Positions 1 through 7,112 of a DNA stretch of 32,000 nucleotides are shown in pieces. A program made the translations under genes and the position numbers. Position 1 is the first letter of the stretch, and every line of letters starts with the position of its first letter. Origin of the DNA: Vibrio cholerae ATCC 14035 (lineage in GTDB: Bacteria; Pseudomonadota; Gammaproteobacteria; Enterobacterales; Vibrionaceae); contig NZ_JHXR01000030.1 in NCBI RefSeq assembly GCF_000621645.1, positions 1 through 32,000 on the forward strand. Reading direction: 5' to 3'. The notes under the pieces are model-generated. The model ran no database searches, was not told the origin of the DNA, and saw only the letters and a program-made list of their open reading frames with translations.

Positions 1-27
1 TTTAAATGATTTTTATAGTTTTGTTCT

Positions 28-279
28 ATGTTCTACGGCATGTCATCGAAGAGCGCGATGGACAAGCATTCTGGCGGTGTAGCAGGTTACCGTGCAGCCG
101 AAGGAAAAACCGTACTATTGCCATACCGTGGCAGCGTTCACGGCACCATTCAAGACATCCTCGGCGGCGTGCGCTCAACCTGTACATACGTAGGCGCGGC
201 TGAGCTTCGCGAGCTAACTAAGCGTACAACATTTATCCGAGTTCAAGAGCAAGAGAACAACGTCTACGGGCGTGAGTAA
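28..279 (+). pseudogene. guaC: GMP reductase C-terminal fragment (last ~83 codons only)
   Basis: [28 protein letters not shown]...[34 protein letters not shown] matches, from memory, the C-terminus of E. coli GuaC ([28 protein letters not shown]...[18 protein letters not shown]). In-frame stops at nt 7-9 (TGA) and 16-18 (TAG) mean the homology starts abruptly near nt 28. Confidence 0.8.
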
Positions 280-311
280 GCCTTAAATTAATCGGAAAAA
301 TCGAATGATTA

Positions 312-339
312 AGAGCCGTTTTTAACGGCTCTTTTTTTT
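312..339 (+). terminator. Rho-independent terminator of the guaC fragment
   Basis: Stem AGAGCCGTT (312-320), loop TTT, stem AACGGCTCT (324-332), followed by a T run 333-339. Confidence 0.85.
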
Positions 340-354
340 CGCTGAAATATGATA

Positions 355-398
355 GTGGCGACAAAGTGGCGGCGGTGGCGCTGAAAATTTTTGTGGCG
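355..398. repeat. Four direct GTGGCG copies between the guaC terminator and the int stop (candidate Int/Cox arm-type sites in the att region)
   Basis: GTGGCG at 355-360, 366-371, 375-380 and 393-398, read directly. The function is inferred from position next to int. Confidence 0.5.
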
Positions 399-411
399 GC
401 AGACTGAGAAT

Positions 412-1443
412 TTACAAATTGGAAAGCGGGTTTCGTGTGATCGCGTCTGACAAATGGTCGGGGGCAAAGTGCGAATAACGCATCGTCATCGAGATATCCG
501 CATGGCCGAGAACGTCTCTTAGCACCAGAATATTGCCGCCATTCATCATAAAGTGGCTGGCGAAGGTGTGACGCAATACGTGAGAAGCTTGCCCAGATGG
601 AAGAGTGATCCCGAGCTTATTTTTTAGAATGTAGCAAAACGGTGTATAGCACTCTTCAAACAAACGGCCAGAAGTGGGCTTATATATCTCCTCGTAGAGT
701 TCACGAGAAATGGGTACTGTCCTGTTCTTCTTGGTTTTAGTGTTCGTGTAGGTAATTTTATACTCGGATAGCTGGCTACCCCGCAGTTTTGCCGCCTCAT
801 TCCAGCGTGCGCCAGTTGAAAGGCAAATCTTAACAATCTTGAGCATGTCAGCAATTTCGTGTTGAGCAACTAACTCAAGCAGCAGTTTGATTTGCTCGGT
901 GGTGAGGAAAGACATCTCCCTTTCAGATTCCCTAAATGGCTTTACGTCATCAAGTGGGTTCGGTGCATTCCATTCACCCAGTTCTTTCAGTTTATTGAAT
1001 ACCGCTTTAAAACGTGCCAGCTCAGAATTCATGGTTGAAATGCTGGGTTTGCCTCGATTCCAACGGCCATCAACAAAAATAAGCTCGCCGGACATACGTC
1101 TGCTTCGGAAGTCTGAATAAGTTTTTGCTGAAAAGGTGGCTGCGATAGGGTTGCCCATCGCATTCACCATGTGGTGAAACTTTTGAATGATCACATCACC
1201 ATTCACTAATGTACGACCGTAATGCGAGTACCATAATTCAACAATGTCACTCAGCCGCCTATTATCAGGCTTACTCCCCATCCACGGTTTATCATCCACC
1301 TCACGCATGATGAAGTTTTCATAAGCGGTGGCCTCACCTTTGGTGGCGAATCTTTTACGCACGCGCTTACCTTCGCGGCCTTGCGGGTAACACTCGCAAA
1401 GCCACGGTTTTTTGCTGCCATCTTTAAGATTGCGAACGGACAT
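412..1443 (-). CDS. int: Tyrosine recombinase / phage integrase
   Basis: 343 aa. C-terminal catalytic motifs TGARWNEAAKL, HVLRHTFASHF and LGHADISMTMRYSHF. The start overlaps the upstream stop (TAATG, 1445-1441). Confidence 0.95.
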   Translation of the reverse strand: MSVRNLKDGSKKPWLCECYPQGREGKRVRKRFATKGEATAYENFIMREVDDKPWMGSKPDNRRLSDIVELWYSHYGRTLVNGDVIIQKFHHMVNAMGNPIAATFSAKTYSDFRSRRMSGELIFVDGRWNRGKPSISTMNSELARFKAVFNKLKELGEWNAPNPLDDVKPFRESEREMSFLTTEQIKLLLELVAQHEIADMLKIVKICLSTGARWNEAAKLRGSQLSEYKITYTNTKTKKNRTVPISRELYEEIYKPTSGRLFEECYTPFCYILKNKLGITLPSGQASHVLRHTFASHFMMNGGNILVLRDVLGHADISMTMRYSHFAPDHLSDAITRNPLSNL

Positions 1444-1856
1444 TACTGGGAAACACAGATTGATTTGAACTTCTGAACAACAGCGTTAATAGCTTTGCGT
1501 TGCTCTTCTACTGCATCCTCGTTAATTGTGCCTTTTGAGTATGAATAGACGTGGCCGACGTATATTTTAGAGCGCATCATAACGTCATTATAAACTTCAC
1601 GGGTAAGTGACAAATCAGGGCTCATTAATTCTTTTGGTGATAGTTCATTAGCTGTGATGATTTTCTCAATTTCAGGATTGAAGGTGTTAACACGCCATTG
1701 AGCTATGGTTTTGTGATCAGCGTTTTGCTTATGCAAGCGTAAAGCTTGAACCACAAGATGAACGGATGGAGACAGCATAGATTCAGCTTTTTCACAGTCC
1801 GTTGAAGCAAATGCCGATGTCGAAAATAAAAGTAATAGAGGTAGTAATCGCATCAT
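1443..1856 (-). CDS. Secreted/periplasmic small protein (137 aa), unknown function; occupies the slot of K139 glo
   Basis: Start chosen at ATG 1856-1854, which overlaps the upstream stop (TGATG). N-terminus MMRLLPLLLLFSTSAFA/STDC is a classic Sec signal peptide with an AxA site. The mature part has one Cys near each end. The gene is AT-rich. Confidence 0.7.
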   Translation of the reverse strand: MMRLLPLLLLFSTSAFASTDCEKAESMLSPSVHLVVQALRLHKQNADHKTIAQWRVNTFNPEIEKIITANELSPKELMSPDLSLTREVYNDVMMRSKIYVGHVYSYSKGTINEDAVEEQRKAINAVVQKFKSICVSQ

Positions 1857-2761
1857 CAGCCACCAATCAGAGCAAGCCATGCTTGTTCGGTAAGGATTTT
1901 TGTAGATGAGCCACTTTTGCGATTATTGATAACTGATTCAATTTTTCTACCATGGCTAGTATGAATCCAATCACGGCTGGCCATAGAACCAATAACAAGT
2001 AGGTCTAGTTGTTTATTCACATCAGAACGAACATCTGCACCAAGTTCTTTAGCTTTATTTTCAATAGACTTACGATTACCAGCGAAAAACTTTCCAGTAA
2101 AACAAACTTGTAGTCCAGAAATAGAATTAACTACGACATCATCAGAAAAGTAATCAGTTGCAAAACATTCAGCGCAGCCAGTGTCCGTGAACTGTTGTCC
2201 ACAGATAGACTTCAACATTGATAGAAGCTCATGACGTTCTTCATCATCCACGATGCCATCAGAAAGAATTTTGTTTAAACGTTGATGAATAACATCGCCC
2301 GGCCAATTTGCGATAACTTCTCTGTTAGAATTAAGCATCTTATTAAGAGCATGAATTTCTTTATCGTTGATGGAGTCGTCCGCAGTAATACCTTGCAAAA
2401 AACCAAGGAGTTGATTAATCAAACCATCAGATTCCCAACCATCTCTGAAGCCATAATTCAAAATATCTTTAATCAAGTTTCTAATTTCTGTTAACTCATG
2501 TTCTTCAACAACGCCATCTTCAAGAACATCCTCGATAAGATCTCTCAAATCAAGAAAGTCTCCATCCTTCTTAAAAGCCGTGTCGGTTTTTAACCAAGTA
2601 TCAAGAAATAGGACTTCCGTTGGATTAAGGCGTCTATCAGCCTGAATGCCGGATAGAATGCCTTGTAGTGACTTCAATGCTTTTTCTTTATTACGCTTAT
2701 AGTTAATGCCCCATGAAGTGGGTTGTCCATGTTCATCAATATCAACAATTCTATCTGTCAT
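1856..2761 (-). CDS. Tandem helical-repeat (TerB-like?) protein with C-terminal BRCT-like domain
   Basis: 301 aa with an internal duplication: aa 30-104 (..LQGILSGIQADRRLNPTEV..LEDGVVEEHELTEIRNLIKDIL) and aa 117-187 (..LLGFLQGITADDSINDKEI..LSDGIVDDEERHELLSMLKSIC). The C-terminus VCFTGKFFAGNRKSIENKAKELGADVRSDVNKQLDLLVIGSMAS...KILTEQAWL resembles the LigA-type BRCT pattern. It lies 25 nt downstream of cI on the same strand. Confidence 0.6.
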   Translation of the reverse strand: MTDRIVDIDEHGQPTSWGINYKRNKEKALKSLQGILSGIQADRRLNPTEVLFLDTWLKTDTAFKKDGDFLDLRDLIEDVLEDGVVEEHELTEIRNLIKDILNYGFRDGWESDGLINQLLGFLQGITADDSINDKEIHALNKMLNSNREVIANWPGDVIHQRLNKILSDGIVDDEERHELLSMLKSICGQQFTDTGCAECFATDYFSDDVVVNSISGLQVCFTGKFFAGNRKSIENKAKELGADVRSDVNKQLDLLVIGSMASRDWIHTSHGRKIESVINNRKSGSSTKILTEQAWLALIGG

Positions 2762-2786
2762 CTTTCATTCCCTAGCCAATTAAAAA

Positions 2787-3434
2787 TCAATCTTTTCTTA
2801 GAGTCACCGCGACACGGCCAAGCACTTTAATGTCGTGTTCTGATACTTCAATCGTGCTTTCACCAAACGCAATCGCCAGCTTTTTGCCGGGTAAACGCTG
2901 AATATGGTTAACCGACAAACGGCCATCAATATCAATCAAGTAGTTACCGGAAACCGCATCCCGCGAATCGTTATCCACCAGATAAAGCGCCTCATTGGTT
3001 TCAACTTCAATCGTGCTGCCAGATTTCAGGTTAAAGCTATTCATCCGGCGAACGGGGTAAGGGATCTCGCCAGTTTCAAGAAGCTGACCGTTTGTCAGGC
3101 AGAATGATTTGAGAATGACGGTTTCATGCTGGGGATTAATCAACTTCTTCTGAAGGTGGGTGTAATCCTGAGGAGCCTCGGCAACTTGATGCGTTGCTGG
3201 TTCATCAATGCCTAGCGCCATCTTTGCAATAGGGATGCCCTTCGCCAGATGAAGTCTCACCATCAATTCGTGAGATGTACGATTGTGAAGGTTCCAAGTG
3301 CTGAAAGTCGCTTTAGGTACATCAAAAAGTTCAGCCATATCGCCAAACGTTGAACATCCTGTAACTTCCTTTAAAACCTCTGTGAATTCATGACCTTTTA
3401 TATAGTCAAAAGGTGGAATCTTTGTGTTTTTCAT
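2787..3434 (-). CDS. cI: CI-type prophage repressor (N-terminal HTH, C-terminal S24-like fold that appears non-catalytic)
   Basis: 215 aa, divergent from the cox-like gene. The C-terminal segment ALYLVDNDSRDAVSGNYLIDIDGRLSVNHIQRL..VLGRV follows the LexA/S24 beta-barrel pattern. I cannot find a GDSM Ser motif, and the Lys position reads Q (NHIQRL versus TVKRL). Confidence 0.7.
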   Translation of the reverse strand: MKNTKIPPFDYIKGHEFTEVLKEVTGCSTFGDMAELFDVPKATFSTWNLHNRTSHELMVRLHLAKGIPIAKMALGIDEPATHQVAEAPQDYTHLQKKLINPQHETVILKSFCLTNGQLLETGEIPYPVRRMNSFNLKSGSTIEVETNEALYLVDNDSRDAVSGNYLIDIDGRLSVNHIQRLPGKKLAIAFGESTIEVSEHDIKVLGRVAVTLRKD

Positions 3435-3582
3435 ATCGCCACGAGTTTATTTTTTGACATTGATCGCTATTTGTTTACTTGCGTGATTGTTTTTGGCGAT
3501 CTAATATCTGTTTGTGTTCCGGTTCCAACGCCGACCAAGACCGAATAGAACCGATGATTTAACAACGTTTAAGGATATCACC
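3435..3582. promoter_or_regulatory. Divergent lysis/lysogeny switch region with repeated ATCGCYA half-sites
   Basis: ATCGCCA at 3435-3441, ATCGCTA at 3463-3469 and inverted TGGCGAT at 3494-3500. TTGACA at 3454-3459. Candidate rightward promoter TTGCGT (3479-3484) -17- TAATAT (3502-3507). Confidence 0.5.
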
Positions 3583-3795
3583 ATGCTGACATATGAGGTA
3601 GCACCCGAAAGCCCATACGTGACCTGTGAAAAGTATTCCGTCATTTCCGGTTTACCGATGGGCACCATTCGCCAGTACATCGCAGAAGGGCGAATCATCA
3701 TCAAACCCAAAACCAAAACGAAAGAAAAACCCTTAGTCAACATGGTTGCGATGCACGAAATCGCAGCGCGTGAAGCTATGCAGGTGCTGGGGTAA
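3583..3795 (+). CDS. cox: Cox/Apl-like small HTH protein (lytic repressor/excisionase type)
   Basis: 70 aa from ATG 3583, preceded by AAGGA. YVTCEKYSVISGLPMGTIRQYIAEGRII parallels the P2 Cox segment YQEFAKLIGKSTGAVRRMIDKGKLPVI. It is the first gene of the rightward operon opposite cI. Confidence 0.65.
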   Translation: MLTYEVAPESPYVTCEKYSVISGLPMGTIRQYIAEGRIIIKPKTKTKEKPLVNMVAMHEIAAREAMQVLG

Positions 3796-3905
3796 TCATG
3801 CGTTTCTCCTCCCTGATTCCAACTAAAAACTATTGCCCGTTGTGGCTACATCTGTTTGCAGCGTCAGTCATTTGCATACCGCCTTTTATATAAGGATTGT
3901 TAATT

Positions 3906-4445
3906 ATGGTTTCTGACATCGCCATGTATGAATTACGTGAACGCAAACAGCAAGCTTACAACGCCGTTTGCAGTGATTTCGTTGTCAATCACAACATTGA
4001 ACAGCTCGCCAAACGCATTTCGTTAGACGGGCAATCGCTGCGCAACATGCTCAACCCTGCACAGCCGCACAAACTGAGCCCAGTTGATTTAGTGCTGCTG
4101 TGCAAGGCATCAGGGGATTACACCATCATCAATACCCTTTTCAGTGATTGCGGCGTAGTTGCCGTGGCGCTGCCAGAGCAAGGGGAAGAAAAGAACATCA
4201 TTGAGCGCGTACTGCTCAACACCTCGCTTTGTGGGGAACTCTCTAGTGATGCAATGCAAATGTGCACCGCAGAGCGTTTACCGCGCAGCCGTAAGCGCAA
4301 AACCCTCGCGAAGTGCCAAGCCGCCTTGGGCAACTTGGCATTACTGATCGCCGATTTAGAAAAACGCACAACAGGCCTGCAACCCTTGATACAAATGGGT
4401 TCGGATTTCATGGCTCAAGGTGCGCCAATCCCCGGATTCGCATAA
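3906..4445 (+). CDS. cII: Phage regulatory protein CII (186 CP76 family)
   Basis: 179 aa from ATG 3906 (SD AAGGA). Position after cox and sequence character (..LAKRISLDGQSLRNMLNPAQPHKLSPVDLVLLCKASGDYTIINTL..) fit the CP76/CII family as I recall it. Confidence 0.6.
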   Translation: MVSDIAMYELRERKQQAYNAVCSDFVVNHNIEQLAKRISLDGQSLRNMLNPAQPHKLSPVDLVLLCKASGDYTIINTLFSDCGVVAVALPEQGEEKNIIERVLLNTSLCGELSSDAMQMCTAERLPRSRKRKTLAKCQAALGNLALLIADLEKRTTGLQPLIQMGSDFMAQGAPIPGFA

Positions 4446-4457
4446 GGAGAAAACACC

Positions 4458-4892
4458 ATGTCAGCCATCGCAGAAACGCGCCAGCAAGTGCAGCGCAATA
4501 AACAACAAATGCAAACGGCAGAACACAGTGAAGCCGTGAACCTGCCGCAGTACCACGCACCACGCAGCCGCGCAGAGGTAGATGCCTACCTCGCCACGCT
4601 GCCGCATGTGCCCGCCGCGCACAGCATTGCGATGGCGCACGCCCTGTTTGAAAGCAGCTACAAGCGCAACAAAGTGCGCAAAGCCTATAACGCGCTAACC
4701 CTAAAGCAACGCGCCATGTGCTGCATTGCGGGTGATCTTGACCCGCGAATCGCAAACGTCACCTTTGACCAACTCAACGACATCGAGCGCCAAAAGGTGC
4801 GCCGTGGTTTGGAAGAGATGAACAAAGTGACCAAACGCTTTGAGTGTGAAGTAGGCAACGTGAGCCAACTGAAAGCGCCCGATTTCCTTTAA
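4458..4892 (+). CDS. Hypothetical early protein (144 aa)
   Basis: ORF with a strong SD (AAGGAG) 7 nt upstream. No domain recognised. Confidence 0.6.
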   Translation: MSAIAETRQQVQRNKQQMQTAEHSEAVNLPQYHAPRSRAEVDAYLATLPHVPAAHSIAMAHALFESSYKRNKVRKAYNALTLKQRAMCCIAGDLDPRIANVTFDQLNDIERQKVRRGLEEMNKVTKRFECEVGNVSQLKAPDFL

Positions 4893-4909
4893 ACCTAGCC
4901 AACCCCGTT

Positions 4910-4949
4910 GCCCCCGCAGTGTTCCACAAGGAAAGGGGGGCTTTTTTTT
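4910..4949 (+). terminator. Putative intrinsic terminator inside the early operon
   Basis: GCCCCC (4910-4915) pairs with GGGGGC (4936-4941), followed by 8 T (4942-4949). The loop is long (20 nt). Confidence 0.55.
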
Positions 4950-4973
4950 CGTCTTAGCGTAGGAGCAATGAAG

Positions 4974-5507
4974 ATGAATAAAGAACTGGAACAAGCCATG
5001 GCACTTCGTGAAGAAGCGCGAGAAATGCTGGCTCAATCTCGTGTTATGCACGAAGTCACACTCAGTAACCAACGCCAAGTGACATTGGCCGTAAGCACTC
5101 TTTTACCACGTCCGCTGATTGTGGATATGACGGTAGACATTTCAGAAGCTGAAGCAGAAAAGCTCGCAACCTTCGCGGAAGATATGGCGGCAAGCATGAG
5201 AAGCCGCGATGTTTACGACATCGTTCACGCCATCAACGTACTGGCTATGGCGAATACGGATGTGTTGTTCATATTCACTAACTTTTCCGCTCACGTTAAC
5301 GCTTTTGAGGTTTATGCGGTTTCGCCTCAGTCATTTTTATCGGGTGAAACTCCATACAAACGTTTGATTGATAAGACGGTTTATCTTCACTGGGATAACG
5401 CCCTCGAAAGACTCCTCGCCATTGAAAGCCAACTCACAGAGCTGATCATCGAAGCCCGTGAAGCCGCAGTAAACCCAGCCACTGAACAGGCCGAGGTGAA
5501 AGCATGA
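4974..5507 (+). CDS. Hypothetical early protein (177 aa)
   Basis: AGGAG at 4961-4965 is optimally spaced for ATG 4974. The longer ORF-track start at 4908 would run through the terminator. Confidence 0.6.
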   Translation: MNKELEQAMALREEAREMLAQSRVMHEVTLSNQRQVTLAVSTLLPRPLIVDMTVDISEAEAEKLATFAEDMAASMRSRDVYDIVHAINVLAMANTDVLFIFTNFSAHVNAFEVYAVSPQSFLSGETPYKRLIDKTVYLHWDNALERLLAIESQLTELIIEAREAAVNPATEQAEVKA

Positions 5508-5914
5508 ACGATTTCGCTATCACGGTATATCGCGACTCTTTGGTTGAAATGCTCAAAGATGAAGGCTTTCCCGTAGACCAAATCCCTAACTTTCTTGCCG
5601 CATTTTCTGAGTTCAAGATTGAGGGAGAAGACGTTGTTCAAATCCACTTCGAACGGGCAATGCTCGCAAACCACAACTACACATGCACTGTTCCAAAGCT
5701 GACAAGTCACCTGTTCCTGCTTGGGTGGTGGTGCTTCTGGGTTGTCGTGTTTAACCAAACCACTGTTGGCTCTAGCCACTTTCAAGCAGCAGGGGCGATT
5801 CGCTCTCTCACCTTCCTAGCCAGTTGCACCAGTAACAAAAAACTCGCCAAACGCATGGCGGAATGGTGGGAAGAGTGCCAGCCAGTTATCGGCACATCAT
5901 TGGAGGTGTTTTGA
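5504..5914 (+). CDS. Hypothetical protein with one strongly hydrophobic segment (HLFLLGWWCFWVVVF)
   Basis: ATGA overlap with the upstream gene. 136 aa. Confidence 0.55.
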   Translation: MNDFAITVYRDSLVEMLKDEGFPVDQIPNFLAAFSEFKIEGEDVVQIHFERAMLANHNYTCTVPKLTSHLFLLGWWCFWVVVFNQTTVGSSHFQAAGAIRSLTFLASCTSNKKLAKRMAEWWEECQPVIGTSLEVF

Positions 5915-5915
5915 T

Positions 5916-6161
5916 ATGTCTAACCAACACGAAAGCAACATCACTAACTGTTCAGAATGCCATACATGCGATTGCTGTTACTGGTTGCCACATGCCGATG
6001 GCGAAGGCCGCTGGGTATGTGAGCTCTGCATAAGTGAGCTCTATGCCCATATATGCGCTTCTTGTTGCCGTGAAGCAGACATCGACCAGTGCGAAAGCGA
6101 AGAGCAAATGATGCCTATTTGCTACGAGTGTGCAGAAAAAAAATACGAAGGTGGAGAGTAG
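5916..6161 (+). CDS. Cysteine-rich small protein (81 aa, multiple CxxC pairs; probable zinc binding)
   Basis: CSECHTCDCC, CELC, CASCC and CYEC motifs give 14 Cys in 81 aa. Confidence 0.6.
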   Translation: MSNQHESNITNCSECHTCDCCYWLPHADGEGRWVCELCISELYAHICASCCREADIDQCESEEQMMPICYECAEKKYEGGE

Positions 6162-6163
6162 CC

Positions 6164-6391
6164 ATGCAGTACGCCGCAATCCTCGTCACGCCTGATGGTG
6201 GATTCATCCGCCATCAGCAAACCCAAGAAGTCGCCAACATCCTGATTGGCGATTTTGATTCCTTTGATGATGCCATCAACCAAGCGTGCCAAGACCTCAA
6301 TTGCCAACACCTGAACAAAGGTGTGCTGACCAAAGGCGAAGGCAAGGGCGGTTTTATGGTCGTTACCACCCAAGATTTGGAGGCAGTATGA
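6164..6391 (+). CDS. Hypothetical early protein (75 aa)
   Basis: ATG 6164 with GGAG 7 nt upstream. The stop overlaps the next start (ATGA). Confidence 0.5.
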   Translation: MQYAAILVTPDGGFIRHQQTQEVANILIGDFDSFDDAINQACQDLNCQHLNKGVLTKGEGKGGFMVVTTQDLEAV

Positions 6392-7005
6392 GCTCAACCA
6401 ACGGCGAAGTATTAGAAAACGAACTTTACCCAACTCCAGCAGAAGTGGTTGACGCCCTGCTGGCAAAACTCACTTTGCGCAGTAGCGATACATTTCTAGA
6501 ACCCTGCTACGGAACAGGTGCGATCTACGAAAAAATTGCCTTACCTGCCAGCCAAAAATCATTCGCTGAAATTCAAAAAGGCATTGATTACCTGACCACG
6601 GATTTTGGTCAGCAAGACGTGATCATCACTAACCCGCCTTTTTCACTCACCGAAGAGTTCATGCGCAAAAGCCTGAAAGAGTTAGCACCAGACGGAACCA
6701 TGGTTTATTTGCAGCGCTTGAACTATTTGGGCGCAACCAAGCGCTTGCCATTCTGGTTTGAAATCGGCTTTCCGCAGAAAACACCAGTGATCGTGCCGCG
6801 TCCACGCTTTGTGAAAGGCGGGAATGATTCGTGCGAATACGCATGGTTTATTTGGGATAAAGGCAACCGCCTAGCCATTCCTCAAGGTTTAAGCCACATC
6901 GTTTCTATCGGTTTGGTGCAGTGTGATAACTGCAAAAACGAACTGAGAAAAAAAGACACCCACTGCAAGCGCTGCGGAGCAGCAACCAAAAGGGAGGCCG
7001 CATGA
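6388..7005 (+). CDS. DNA N6-adenine methyltransferase with C-terminal zinc ribbon
   Basis: SAM motif EPCYGTGAIY and catalytic motif ITNPPF. C-terminal CDNC-x10-CKRC. Confidence 0.8.
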   Translation: MSSTNGEVLENELYPTPAEVVDALLAKLTLRSSDTFLEPCYGTGAIYEKIALPASQKSFAEIQKGIDYLTTDFGQQDVIITNPPFSLTEEFMRKSLKELAPDGTMVYLQRLNYLGATKRLPFWFEIGFPQKTPVIVPRPRFVKGGNDSCEYAWFIWDKGNRLAIPQGLSHIVSIGLVQCDNCKNELRKKDTHCKRCGAATKREAA

Positions 7006-7112
7006 TCACCCTTTGCCCTTACTGCCCAAACCAAGTGAAAGAGAGTGACACCACTTGCCCGCATTGCGGAATGCCAATCGCCAAGCAAGAAAACCAGAAG
7101 GAGGCCGCATGA
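7002..7112 (+). CDS. 36-aa zinc-ribbon mini-protein (not in the ORF track)
   Basis: MITLCPYCPNQVKESDTTCPHCGMPIAKQENQKEAA. ATGA overlaps at both ends. It copies the CxxC-x10-CxxC...EAA tail of the methyltransferase. Confidence 0.5.
   Translation: MITLCPYCPNQVKESDTTCPHCGMPIAKQENQKEAA

Noticed and set aside
6-203. 65-aa plus-strand ORF at the window start
   Set aside because: An alternative frame over the guaC fragment. The guaC frame has clear homology and this one has none.
3798-3893. 31-codon hydrophobic mini-ORF between cox and cII (MRFSSLIPTKNYCPLWLHLFAASVICIPPFI)
   Set aside because: Weak SD and too short to judge without comparative or ribosome-profiling data. Possible small membrane peptide, but unsupported.
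4408-5078. Minus-strand ORFs 4408-4755 and 4701-5078
   Set aside because: Both are antisense to plus-strand early genes that have good SDs. The translations are Cys/Arg/Ala-rich and look non-protein-like. One runs through the 4910-4949 terminator.
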